From the NCBI GenBank assembly GCA_002269645.1, contig NIVC01001877.1:62001-126000 (forward strand): a stretch of DNA of 64,000 nt, read 5' to 3'. This stretch comes from Macrostomum lignano (taxonomy: Eukaryota). Positions 1-12,544 of the stretch are shown here, piece after piece (position 1 is the first letter of the stretch; every line of letters begins with the position of its first letter). Both the position numbers and the translations under genes were made by a program. A model generated the notes under the pieces. It was not told where the DNA came from. It saw only the letters and a list, made by a program, of their open reading frames with translations, and did no database searches.

Positions 1-666
1 ATCAAAACAAAGTTTTTAGACAAAAATGGTATATTGCCTAATACTAAGTATAAACTAAAATTTTGAAGATCTAAGAAGTTTTGTAACTTTTTTAATAATT
101 TACCAGTTTAAAAAGTTTTAAGGTTTGTTTAATACCTACCATTTTCATATTTAAATTTAAATTTAAAAAAGCAAAAGCAAAAAAAGCAAAATTTAAATCA
201 TACTGAGGTAAGGCAGCATGCTTCAGAAGGCAAATGAAAATAATGTGAAAATCGACACAGATTAAGTTAGATAAAATTCTTTCAACGCATTTCAGTCCAA
301 CCAGGGCCATTTTCAGTGTCTGATGTATCTTTCACTCAATGCAACAACTTTTATAAGAGATAAATAGAGAACAAATGTTTACTGTACAGGCCAAGGGCAT
401 ATCAGGGGCAGATGGTTCAATGTAAGTGAGCAGAGATTGCGAGTACAATGATTGGGTTTGTGCCTTTGCTTAGAATACCTTGAGTAAATGGCCCGCACCA
501 CTGTGAGAAAGTTAAATATTTAGATTTGGTTTCGGGTTTTTAATGTACAATACATGGATTCGAGTCTATCGAGTCTAAAGTATAATTATTAGACTGCGTC
601 AGTTTAGCCTTCTGGGGTCGAAATAATAAAATATGTCATCAATGCGACCCTGTCACGTGCCCGCAG

Positions 667-3600
667 TCGGACATCACATTCAAAAAGGTCAAGCGGTCAA
701 TCCGCGTCAAACAGCCTGCCGTGGTGGTTCCAAAGCCGTCATCCTTGGCTGACGGCAGCGACTCAGACAATGACAGCGAGAAAGATCCGCCTGCGACTGC
801 TGCACCATCGAATTCAAAGTCGAATTCTTTTAAGCATCAGCAGGCCAAGTCCTCAAAGTCGGCCGACCTGCCAACCCTGACCGCTTCGGCCTCCGCTCTG
901 TCCTTTCAAGACGATCTGATTGCCGACGGCGGTGAAGAATTTCGCGTGAAAAAGTCCAGCAATAGCAGGAAGTTGGCTAAACGCCAGAGGCTCAGATACG
1001 ATAAGGAGGCTGCGGCTGCTGCTGCTGCTGCTGATACCGCTGCTTACTCAGGAAATAGTGGCGGCGCTGGCCCAGGCTCATCCGCTGCAGACGAAATTCA
1101 AGAAGTTGAAATGGAAGACGACTATCCGGTGTCCGTGCAGCAGCTTCGGTCGCAGGTTTTTTTACTGGGCTGTTGATTTTTTGTGTTCTTCAGTCCGCAA
1201 CGTCCACCTCACTTCTGTGTCCTTCAGTCCGCAACGTCCACCTCACCTCTGTGTCCTTCAGTCCGCAACGTCCACCTCACCTCTGTGTCCTTCAGTCCGC
1301 AATGTCTACCTCACCTCTGTGTTCTTCAGTCCGCAATGTCTACCTCACCTCGTGTCCTTCAGTCCGCAATGTCCACCTCACCTCTGTGTCCATCAGTCCG
1401 CAATGCCACCCTCTGTCTGTGTCCTTCAGTCCCGCAATTCCACTCTCTGCCTGTGTCCATCAGTCCGCAATGCCACCCTCTGTCTGTGTCTTTCAGTCCG
1501 CAATGCCCCATCAACCATGTGTCCTTAAAAAGTGCGGCTGGCAGTCTGCCAAAAGTACACACAAATTCTATATAAAAGAGCCATAAAATCCGCAGATTGC
1601 CAGCCAGGGCATTCCGGACAGCCGCACCGTCTATCAGCTGAAGCTGCAGCGCCAATTGGCTGCTCGGGCCCGACGCGCCAACCAAGCCGGCGCCAGCGAC
1701 AACGACAGCCCAGGCCGACCGGCAGACGATGACACTAACAGCGGCTTCGGCGGCGGCGACGACTCCGACGTTGCCGACGTTCTCGACGACGACAACGGTG
1801 ACGGCAGCGGCGGCGGAGTTCGGGTTCGCCTTCTCGGCACCCTGCGGCCGGAGGCTGAGCGACGCATGATGCGGGACCAGTTCCTGGCTGCCGAGCACGG
1901 CTCGCCTCCCCGATCATTTTTAAACGAGCGATCGGCAAACGACAACTACGACGACGACTATGATGACGACGACGGATTTCCTGGCGGCGGCGGCTCAGAG
2001 AGCTACGAACGGCAGCAGCTGCGTCGGGCGGCCAACCTGGCAGGACCGGCCACCTTGGCAGCCGTCGGCGATGTAGTAGAAGACTCTAGTGGTTCGGTCG
2101 GTGCTGGTGGCGGCGGCGGCAGCGGCATTTTCACTCGCCTGCCATCGGCGCCTGGCGTGGCCTACGCCGATCTGCGCGAACGCATCGACGCCGATCGTCG
2201 TCGCCTAGTCGAGCTGGCCGACAACGAGACCGACCGATTAACCGCCGCCCGACGCGAACTGGCCGACTGTCAGGTAAATTGTAGGATGCATATTGTAGTG
2301 GAATTATAATAATGCTAATAGTAAAAATAATGCGAGTAACTGTTTGAATCTATTAAAATATACGTCAACTAACGAGGACCACCACCTCACAAAGCCCACC
2401 ACCCCGCAACACCCACCACTCCAAAACACCTACCACCCCACAACACCCATCTCACCAAAACACCCGCCACCCCACAACACCCACCTCACCAAAACACCCA
2501 CAACACCCACCTCACCAAAACACCCACAACACCCACCTCACCAAAACACCCACAACACCACATCACCAAAACACCCACAACACCCACCTCACCAAAACAC
2601 CCATCACCCCACAACACCCATCACCCCACAACGCCCACCACCCCACAACACCCATCACCCCACAACACCTACCACCCCACAACACCCACCTCACCAAAAC
2701 ACCCACCACCCCACAACACCCACCTCACCAAAACACCCACCACCCCACAACGCCCACCACCCCACAACACCCATCACCCCACAACACCCATCACCCCATA
2801 ACACCCACCACCCCACAACACCCATCACCCCACAACACCCACCACCCTACAACACCCATCTCACCAAAACACCCACCACCCCACAAAAATCACCCACCAA
2901 AGTACCCACCCGGGAATGAGCAACACCTTACAAAGCGTGTTCATAAAAAATTAGTACTGTGGCGGCTTAGAAATTTCATATCCCCTTCCATATCACATCC
3001 GGTCTTGTCAGGACCGGCTAGCTGAGCGGGAGGCCCGCCTGCCCAAGCTTGAGGCTGCCTATCGCGATCTGGCTAGTCTGAGGTCTCACCTGGCCGACTA
3101 TGCTGACTGCATGTCCGAGAAGCTGGTGCAAGTTGAACTGCTGGAACGAAGACTATTAAGCGCACTAGCCGAGCGGTCGCAGCGACAGATTCGACGACGG
3201 AGGCAAGATGTTCGCGATGAGAGTAGCGCGGCGAGAGGAGGTAAGTTTGCTTTATCAACTTTAGAACAACATTGAGCACAGCCCTCTTAACACCTCTGAG
3301 AATCGCCTTTCTTTTCCTTCTTTCTTTATCCTTGAGAATCGCCCTTCAATGTCTTTAGTAATCGCCCTTCATTGTTCTCAAGAATCGCCCTTCAATGTCT
3401 TCAAAAAATCGCCCTTCATTGTCCCCAAGAATTGCCGATCGATGTCCCCAAGAATTGCCCTTCAATGTCCTCAAGAATCGCCCTTCATTGTCCCAAGAAT
3501 TGCCGATCGATGTCCCAAGAATTGCCCTTCAATGTCCTCAAGAATCGCCCTTCAATGTCCTCAAGAATCGCCTTCAATGTCCTCAAGAATCGCCTTCAAT

Positions 3601-5721
3601 GTCCTCAAGAATCGCCTTTCAGTGTTCTCAAGAATCACCCTTCAATGTCTTCAGGAATCGCCCTTCATTGTTCTCAAGAATCACCCTTCAATGTCCCCAA
3701 GAATTGCCCTTCAATGTCCTCAAGAATCGCCTTCAATGTCCTCAAGAATCGCCTTTCAGTGTTCTCAAGAATCACCCTTCAATGTCTTCAGGAATCGCCC
3801 TTCATTGTTCTCAAGAATCGCCCTTCGATGTCCCCAAGAATTGCCCTTCAATGTCCTCAAGAATCGACCTTTAATGTCCGCAAGATGAAAGAATCGCCCT
3901 TCGATGTCCCCAAGAATCGCCCTTCAATGTCCTCGAGAATCGACATTTGATGCAGTTTAAAATGCCTCACTCTCCCCATTGCTTCCCAATCCCACCCGCC
4001 AGAGGACGAGGCGCTCATTCGCCGAGTGGCTGAACGCGAAGCCCGGCGCACTCGCCGGCGAAGACAACGCGAACTCAACGGCACCGACGCGACGCACGAC
4101 AGCGGCGAGAGCACCGACGATGAGGAGACGTCGGCGGAGCGAATGGGTCGGGAATCCGCTATTGATCAGGTTGGCGTCTCGGTTGCTGGCTTATAATTAT
4201 GCTTTCTTTAATTTGATTAACTAGATGACTTCAACGCTCCTCAACCTGTTCCTCAGGTGCGCCACGTGCAAGAGTCTCAGCTGTTCTCCGACGTTCTGCC
4301 AGAATTTTGCACACTCGAGTCGCTGCTCAGCCGTCTATCGGAGTTTCGCTCCTCTCAACCGGATCTGTACGAGCGAGCCAGGTTTCCAGCCTGTATGGCG
4401 CGGCTTCTGTCGCCTCTGGTGCGCGTTGAAATGCTGCTTTATAATCCGCTGACGCCCGACTGTGTTGAGTTCAATCGGCGAGCCTGGCTAGGTCACGTGC
4501 TGGACTACCTTGACCTCGATAGCCACCCGGATGAGGTCAAGGTCGTACCGGGTCTAGTGGAACTCGTCCTACTGCCCAGGCTTATCGACATTGTTGAACA
4601 GGTAGGGGGTGACTCTAGTTTTTTATTGGTTTGTTGGCTGCTTTGTTGATGGGTTTGTTGGCTGCTTTGTTGATGGGTTGTTGGCTGCTTTGTTGATGGG
4701 TTTGTTGGCTGCTTTGTTGATGGGGTTGTTGGCTGCTTTGTTGATGGGGTTGTTGGCTGCTTTGTTGATGGGTTGTTGGCTGCTTTGCTGATGGGGTTGT
4801 TGGCTGCTTTGCTGATGGGGTTGTTGGCTGCTTTGTTGATGGGTTTGTTGATGGGGTTGTTGGCTGCTTTGCTGATGGGGTTGTTGGCTGCTTTGCTGAT
4901 GGGTTGTTGACTGCTTTGCTGATGGGGTTGTTGGCTGTTTCGTTGATTGGGTTGTTGGTTGCTTTTAGTTTTAACTGCCTACTAATCACTGAGTAGTATT
5001 GATGGAGACAAACTGTACAGACTGTGTCGCAAATCTACTCAGATCTGGGACCCGATGTCCAGCAGCGAAAGCAAGCGTCTCAGCTCACTGCTCGCCTCTC
5101 TGGCTCGCGAGTTTCCAACTTTTCATGCCGGATCAGCGCGAACTCAGCGACTGTGTCTTGCCGTGCACGACCGACTATCCGAGTTTGTTGCCAAGGAGCC
5201 TTTTATACCGCTGATGATGCCTAAACCGGCCGAGTCAACCTTCTACAATAGGCAGCTGGTTCAGGTGAGCTGTTCAGGGGCTAAAAAGTACATTTGCACC
5301 AATTTTCAAGTTGATAATTTCCTACTTCCGGTTTGTTTATTGGGTTGAAAATTACTAACTACAGCTTTGCTATGTAATTATAGATAGCCCATGAATCTAG
5401 CTGAAGCCAACTCCAATCCTGCCCCAGGCTATCAAACTGTTCACCAATGTCTTGCGCTTCTCCGAACTGCTGAGCCCTACTACGCTGCACAAGCTCAGCG
5501 CAGACTGTCTGCTAAGCCGCTATATTCTAGTAGGCCTTGGCAATCTGCCAGTCACTGATCGCCTGGTCTCCCGTCTAGACGCCATCCTCAGCGCTCTGCC
5601 TGCCGGCTTCCAGCTGCCGAAACCGTTCGCCGAGCTTGTTGAAAGAATCATTGCATCGGCAAATAATTCTCCAGCACCGGCGTCGGCATCTTCAACGGCA
5701 TTCGCCTTGGCGGTGGCTTAG
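667..5721 (+). CDS. PAXBP1: PAXBP1/GCFC2-like (Ntr2-type) GC-rich sequence DNA-binding/spliceosome disassembly factor; at least 7 coding exons, true start not located
   Basis: Exons with AG/GT boundaries and consistent phases: 667-1155, 1596-2273, 3012-3240, 4003-4169, 4257-4601, 5043-5264, 5428-5721. Spliced peptide has family motifs FKKVKRSIRVK, GIPDSRTVYQLKLQRQLAAR, DCMSEKLVQVELLE..RRRQDVRDES, RRVAEREARRTRRRR..STDDEET, and a GCFC domain (FSDV..LLSPLVRVEMLLYNPL; IWDPMS; LLSRYILVGL). No in-frame ATG is found before 1111, so the 5' end is missing or frameshifted. Confidence 0.88.
1178..1520. repeat. 34-bp minisatellite (CTTCAGTCCGCAACGTCCACCTCACCTCTGTGTC) in PAXBP1 intron
   Basis: About 10 tandem units visible directly; explains the overlapping repetitive ORFs at 1058-1586. 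Confidence 0.95.
2380..2905. repeat. C/A-rich composite minisatellite (CACCCACAACACCCACCTCACCAAAA-type) in PAXBP1 intron
   Basis: Tandem ~18-26-bp C/A-rich units with almost no G on the + strand. Confidence 0.92.
3295..3945. repeat. 23-bp minisatellite (CAAGAATCGCCCTTCAATGTCCT) in PAXBP1 intron
   Basis: More than 25 tandem units with 22/23-bp variants. Confidence 0.95.
4620..4960. repeat. 24-bp minisatellite (GTTGGCTGCTTTGTTGATGGGGTT) in PAXBP1 intron
   Basis: About 14 tandem units. Confidence 0.95.
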
Positions 5722-6023
5722 TCAGCGGTAGCGGCGGTAGTGGTGGTCTTTCGCTGGCCTCTCGATTGGCGCTACAAAAACTGTCTAGCCTCTACTGGGT
5801 CAGCCAGTGACTATATTGCTTAAACAGTTGTTACTTCATATTTAAATCTTTGGTCAGCCTAATTAGCAGCACATACAAGCACTTGTTTCGCTCTTTTGTG
5901 ACTGCTATAAGTATTGGCAATAAGATGGCGCTGCATTAATATCAGCCAGTGTTTCGGCTTTGCTGAAGAGTGTAATCCATACTCACTTGGCGATGCAATT
6001 AATTTAATAGCCTACTCCAAACG

Positions 6024-6349
6024 CCTCCCTATATCACTGCCCTTCTGGAGGCTGGGCTGGGTAAGGAAATTAATTTTATGGCCTATTCCTTACCCCCAAC
6101 CCCTCCCTATATCACTGCCTCTGGAGCCTGGGCTGGGTAAGGAAATTAAATTTTATGGCCTATCCCTTACACCCCAACCCCTCCCTATATCACTGCCTCT
6201 CTGGAGCCTGGGCTGGGTAAGGAAATTAATTTTATGGCCTATCCCTTACACCCCAACCCTCCCTATATCACTGCCTCTCTGGAGCCTGGCTGGGTAAGGA
6301 AATTAATTTTATGGCCTATCCATTACACCCCAACCCCTCCCTATATCAC
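6024..6349. repeat. 78-bp tandem repeat running into the assembly gap
   Basis: Unit CTCCCTATATCACTGCC...CCCCAACC repeated about 4 times, then N-run. Confidence 0.93.
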
Positions 6350-7189
6350 NNNNNNNNNNNNNNNNNNNNNNNNNNNNNNNNNNNNNNNNNNNNNNNNNNN
6401 NNNNNNNNNNNNNNNNNNNNNNNNNNNNNNNNNNNNNNNNNNNNNNNNNNNNNNNNNNNNNNNNNNNNNNNNNNNNNNNNNNNNNNNNNNNNNNNNNNNN
6501 NNNNNNNNNNNNNNNNNNNNNNNNNNNNNNNNNNNNNNNNNNNNNNNNNNNNNNNNNNNNNNNNNNNNNNNNNNNNNNNNNNNNNNNNNNNNNNNNNNNN
6601 NNNNNNNNNNNNNNNNNNNNNNNNNNNNNNNNNNNNNNNNNNNNNNNNNNNNNNNNNNNNNNNNNNNNNNNNNNNNNNNNNNNNNNNNNNNNNNNNNNNN
6701 NNNNNNNNNNNNNNNNNNNNNNNNNNNNNNNNNNNNNNNNNNNNNNNNNNNNNNNNNNNNNNNNNNNNNNNNNNNNNNNNNNNNNNNNNNNNNNNNNNNN
6801 NNNNNNNNNNNNNNNNNNNNNNNNNNNNNNNNNNNNNNNNNNNNNNNNNNNNNNNNNNNNNNNNNNNNNNNNNNNNNNNNNNNNNNNNNNNNNNNNNNNN
6901 NNNNNNNNNNNNNNNNNNNNNNNNNNNNNNNNNNNNNNNNNNNNNNNNNNNNNNNNNNNNNNNNNNNNNNNNNNNNNNNNNNNNNNNNNNNNNNNNNNNN
7001 NNNNNNNNNNNNNNNNNNNNNNNNNNNNNNNNNNNNNNNNNNNNNNNNNNNNNNNNNNNNNNNNNNNNNNNNNNNNNNNNNNNNNNNNNNNNNNNNNNNN
7101 NNNNNNNNNNNNNNNNNNNNNNNNNNNNNNNNNNNNNNNNNNNNNNNNNNNNNNNNNNNNNNNNNNNNNNNNNNNNNNNNNNNNNNNNN
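6350..7189. other. Assembly gap (N-run)
   Basis: 840 consecutive N. Confidence 1.
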
Positions 7190-8202
7190 AAGCCCAAGCC
7201 TTCGGGGTCCTTTAAAACTTCACGTAGCAAAAATCAGTGGTTCTCTTCTCTTCTCTCATCCCACCTTTCATCTTGTCCTTATACCCAGTCTCTCCAGTAT
7301 AAGGCGTTATTGCCATGATAAGGTTTTATAATACTAGTAGCTTAATCCTGCGTTATCTCTATCCAGCGTAGCCTCTTACTTTAGCAAATAGAAATGAAGT
7401 GCAGGATTTTTGGCTTAAAATTTTCCACTTGTTATCTATTTGAGCAGATTTGGAGCGGTTGATAGGCTGCGCAGATGAGCGTAGCTGTGCTTCTCTTGAT
7501 GCAGTTATAACTTTTGCGTCCGATATGGTTTATTCTTCATTCAAATTGACCGACGGCAGTCTGACGTGTCAGCGTGGCAGTGATTCTTCTTACGTGGCTG
7601 TGGCATCAGTGCTATCAAAGTTTGAGCACTTTGTAAAAATTAAAAATTAGAACAAGCAACCAGCAAGCGCTTAGGAAATTCTGCCCATTACCAAGGCACG
7701 AACTCGTGCACACGCTCACATTGGGTGTACAACAGCCCTAATTTTCTGATCTTCAAGCATGTACACTCTGTTCCTTGGGGGTTGGCCTTCGTGGATGAGA
7801 GCTCGAAGTGCTAACGATGTCAATTCAAGATGAAAACTTGAATTGAAAACAAGATGAATGCCGATGCGAACACTGTAATTTGGACTGAATTCAGTTCAAA
7901 TACATCGTAGTTTGCTGTGAATTTTTATAGCTACAGCTATGGCTGTCCGGTCCAGCTGTCACTTTTAGATATGCTTCCGGAGAATTGACAAGCAGTCAAA
8001 GTTGCAGAAAAGTTTTAAAAGTTCATCGAAATTTAGGAGTCTACGTAGCTATCGCCCGGTTGGTGTACGCAGAGGAAGAGGTCACTGGGCGAACTCCCCT
8101 AAAAAACGCCTTCACAAAAACAGTGCCTCAAAAAAAGTACCGCCCTCGTCCGAAAATTAAAGCTACATGTAAGAGGCTCGGCTTTTACCAGCTTCTTTAT
8201 GA

Positions 8203-9880
8203 GAGACAAGAGACAGGGGTGCCCCACCAAGAGACAGGGGTGCCCCACCGAGAGACAGGGGTGCCCCACCAAGAGACAGGGGTGCCCCACCAAGAGACGG
8301 GGGTGCGCCACCAAGAGACAGGGGCGCCACACAAGAGATGGGGTGCGCCACCAAGAGACTTGGGCGCCACACCAAGAGACGGTGCGCCACAAGAGACAGG
8401 GGTGCGCCACCAAGAGACTTGGGCGCCACACCAAGAGACGGGTGCGCCACCAAGAGACAGGGGTGCCCCACCAAGAGACGGGGTGCCACACCAAAAGACA
8501 AAGGTTCCAACGCCCAACCAAGACACCGAATATAATACATGTAGGTGCCCCTAGCTTAGGGTTGCGACCCTATCTAATTGAAATTCCTGTTAAATGTACT
8601 TATGTACACTGTATACTTAGATCGCTTTTACAAGCTCAAAATTTCACATCGCTTGTGAGAAAGTAATACACATTATTGAGCTTTAACCGGTGAGGAAATC
8701 TCAAGTCTACGTTAAAGTTTCGAAGTTATGAAAGTACCCAATTCTACGAGACTATGGACATCCTTGCTACAAGCATGCAAGCACAAAGAATCTTTAGATC
8801 CGTATTTCAGATTTAGCTTATCTATGAAGCAGGTAATCCATCTTGTAAGCTGATTAGATAACCACAAAGGGAGCCCTACATACAACACTACAGCTGCTTA
8901 TGTATCAGAGATGGCGTGAATCCCAAGAGGGTTTTACACATCGGTCGCTGTAACCAGTACGTCACTGAAAGCAGGCACGATACATGCCATTCATTTTGTT
9001 ACAGCTGCGCCGTTACAAATTAGAGAAGCGGAGCAGTTTAGCACTTCACACTAAAATTCATATGTATGAACTAAAATAGCTGCGTCAAGATACTGGGCGT
9101 CTTGGCGCAATATTTTCTGCCTTGGTGGCCGCCCCTGTCTCTTTTGTGTAGCGCCCCTGTCTCTTGGTGTGGCGCCCTGTCTCTTGATGTAGCTCTCCTG
9201 TCTCTTGGTGTAGCGCCCTGTCTCTTGGTGTTCTCTTGGTGTGGCGCCCCTGTCTCTTGGTGTGGTGCCCCTGTCTCTTGATGTAGCTCTCCTGTCTCTT
9301 GATGTAGCGCCCCTGTCTCTAGGTGTAGCGCCCCTGTCTCTTGGTGTGGCGCCTTGTCTCTAGGTGTAGCGCCCCTGTCTCTTGGTGTGGCGCCCCTGTC
9401 TCTTGATGTAGCTCTCCTGTCTCTTGATTTAGCGCCCCTGTCTCTTGATGTAGCTCTCCTGTCTCTTGATGTAGCGCCCCTGTCTCTAGGTGTAGCGCCC
9501 CTGTCTCTTGGTGTGGCGCCCTTGTCTCTAGGTGTGGCGCCCCTGTCTCTTGGTGTGGCGCCCTGTCTCTTGATATAGCTCTCCTGTCTCTTGATGTAGC
9601 GCCCCTGTCTCTAGGTGTAGCGCCCCTGTCTCTTGGTGTGGCGCCCTTGTCTCTAGGTGTAGCGCCCCTGTCTCTTGGTGTGGCAAGTCCCCTGTCTCTG
9701 GTGGGCGCTCCTGTCTATTGGTGTGACGCCCCTGTCTCTTGATGTGGCACCCCTGTCTCTTCGTGTAGCACCCCTGTCTCTTGATGTGACGCCGCTGTCT
9801 CTTGGTGTGACGCCCCTGTCTCTTGATGTGACGCCGCTGCTCTTGATGTGACGCCGCTGTCTCTTGTGTGGCGCCCCTGT
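8203..9880. repeat. Inverted pair of 21-bp minisatellite arrays (foldback-like) flanking a ~600-bp unique core
   Basis: Unit CCACCAAGAGACAGGGGTGCC on + at 8203-8525; its reverse complement (GGCGCCCCTGTCTCTTGGTGT) at 9120-9880. No outer TIR or TSD identified. Confidence 0.85.
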
Positions 9881-10866
9881 TTCGAAGACCGGTGAATGCC
9901 ACGTCCAAGAGATAGCAACTCCTGTCGTTCGTCGAGCTCAAGTCTTTTAGTTTTTGCGGTGGACGCTCTCTGGCCTCTGGACACGCCACTGACTTTTGCC
10001 TCACTAATGCCGATTTCGAAGTGAATTTTAATAATCTTATTCGACGTGCTATATATAGTTGGTTCATTTTAATTTTGTCCATTTTTCATGGAAGCATATG
10101 GATGCAATAAATTATTAAGTATCTCGTACTGCAAGTGGAGTTCATTTCTGCCCCGTATTGTCAATCTGATGAAATACTAACCACTAAAACTCGTAATTTT
10201 ATGGGAATTAATATTTCTTATGGGCTTTGACATAGTATGAAAGATGACGAACGCAGCTAGCTAAATATTTCAACAGTTTCAGCCACAGAAAAAAAGGCTG
10301 TTGATCTGAGAGCGGGTGTTGGCAGGAGAGGCCGTAACCCAGCGGCCCAGGCTCGATTCCAAGTGCAGTCGCATTATATGTAATTTAGAGCTATAAATTA
10401 GAATCTTGGCTTGGCTCTGCTCGTGCAATTATCGCCCTTGAGGGCCAACCCTCAAACCAGACTGGGCACAGGGAAGAGTACATGTCTAACAATAAATGAA
10501 CTTAGGGCCGCTGTACACTCCCTTGTGAGTGTGTGCCTGCTCAGGGAAGTCAAGCATTTCATCTACATGTACAGTCACGGATATTGAAAAATATCCACAC
10601 TGATCTAGTGATGAATAGGACTACGAGTATAAGTGTGCAATTGAATAATACCGTTCCGCGCAGGATGCCAGTTACGTAACTTCCAGTTGCGATCGGAGAG
10701 AAATCTATGTCTCACTAGATCAGGGTGTGGATACTTTTCAACGTCCAATTTATACTGAGCAACATTGAAAAGGCGCCACTCTATGCGCCAGTAAGCAATT
10801 TCTCTTGGACTATTGAAGTACTTATGGTCGTCTCGGGGTTGTCTCGAGGTGGCCTGGTAGGTCTTT

Positions 10867-11773
10867 GAATCCCACCTCTCCCACCAATGTTGTACCTGTG
10901 CTTCTCCTGCTGTCTGGCACAGTGATTTGGGCTCTCCGTCTTCTCAACCGGAAGCCTTCTATTAGCTCTTAGTAGCGTAGGTAGTGCTGCCACCAGTTCC
11001 TTCATTCAGGTCTCGGCCTTCGGTGAGGTGAGCTTCCCGTCGGAACGAAATAAACGAGTCAACGAACTCAGAACAGCGTGCAGATTTGCAGATTAATGAA
11101 CAAGGCGTCCTGGTCAGCAGATCCCGCCGGGCTCAGGGGTGGCTGGGAAGGCAGTTCTAGCCTCCCTTAGGCTTGGGCGTCTTGGGCGTCTGGACAAATC
11201 CCTGACTGAACCAAGGGTGAGGGGCACGTATTTATAGGCAGGAAATCCCCGCCGCACCAGTGTGCGCCGGACCTCGTGACTCTGGTCTATTTTTAGAACT
11301 GACGTCACTCTCTGCCTTAGAGAAGGCAGGGTCTGCGGGTAAAGTGCACAGGGCCGCATGACTCAGTATCTATTTTTAGAAACATGAGTCACCTATTACC
11401 TTAGAGAAGCAAGGGCCCGAAGCACGTGATTCCTCCTGTAAACACGGGCCAATAAGTACAGTAAACATGTTTACTGCACTTTAGGACTTTGAGAAAACAA
11501 GACTTGTCAGGTGACTTGCTAGCCACATGACAAGGGAAGCAGGCCACCAGTTTGACCTCAGGACAGGAACGAAACGCAGAGCAGGCCACAGCAGAGAAGC
11601 TCGTGGCTGCAAGCAAGAGCGCAGAGAAGAGGGGGGCGCCAGAGTCCAGAGAACAGGCAGCAAAAGGGGAGGGAGGCTGCCCAGCGGCAGACAGCAACCC
11701 AGGGCGAGGGCGAGGGCGAAGGAAGCTGCTGACAATAATGCGACGCCTAACACCAAACTAGCGGATCACTACA
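10867..11773 (-). mobile_element. LTR (10888-11773) followed by tRNA-Leu-like primer-binding site (10867-10886); truncated LTR retrotransposon
   Basis: Minus strand starts TGTAGTGA (11773) and ends TACAACA (10888). After 1 nt comes TGGTGGGAGAGGTGGGATTC, complementary to a tRNA-Leu-type 3' end (GAATCCCACC.CT.CCACCA). TATAAA on minus near 11232. No gag/pol follows. Confidence 0.75.
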
Positions 11774-12544
11774 CTATTCTGAAATAAAAGATACAAGAAA
11801 ACTGATTGGAGTAGCTTTAATACGTTCAACCCTCGCACACCGCTCCCCCCACTTCATTCGATCCTCAACTCATTGTGCATCCGAAATGCTTATATACCAA
11901 TCAATGCTAACTGTCATGAGCACTAAGCTGTCTTCTCCACAGCTAACTGTCTCTTCATCGCTATTATCAGCAGAAAGCTAATTGTCACCAGAGCGAACGG
12001 TCTCCACTGCAAATGAAAATACTTGATATCAAAATATCAAAAAGGCTGGGGGTAGGACAACCCCCCCCCCTAGATAAGCAGGCTGTAGGGTGGCGTGAGC
12101 TAACGTACACAAAAATATGATTTTCATGCACGGACAAAAACTAGAATTCGTAAGTCGATATATTCGTGTTTGAAGGTAATATATGTACTAATAGATCCCT
12201 TCATGAAAATGGCTATGCTGATATTACAGATGGAGACAGTTAGCGTTGGAGACTTTGCGCTAGCGTCAGTAGCTGTCGCGCTGATATACCACCCAAAAGC
12301 ATCGAGAGTGCACATGCCTGACGATTAGAAAGTCAGGGCCGCGATGTACACCCTGTGTGAGCATGTGAATGAGTGCTGTGCAGTATTGGCGTGCTTGCAT
12401 GTGCTCAGGGGAATGGCCAGAATTGACTCAACCGCTGGTTGTGGGTCAATGTCGCCAAAAGCGTTCTGCCAGGGATAATGCTGAGCTTGAAGAAAAAAAA
12501 CCGGTGGGATATGGGATAGCATGGCAGAAGATTCCTAGGATAAA

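Noticed and set aside
6234-7331. Long ORFs of 294-365 aa
   Set aside because: They are translations of the N-run.
7450-7650. 66-aa ORF after the gap (also 36196-36525 and 16011-16379)
   Set aside because: No motif or splice context supports coding; the last overlaps an imperfect ~30-bp repeat.
10814-11773. Alternative reading as a 960-bp solo LTR with CTAT TSD
   Set aside because: The TACAACA end plus PBS at 10888 fits better; CTAT at 10810 is likely chance.
11114-11787. Short ORFs on both strands (also 23754-24236 and 39766-40205)
   Set aside because: They lie inside LTR or LTR-like sequences and show no recognisable domain.
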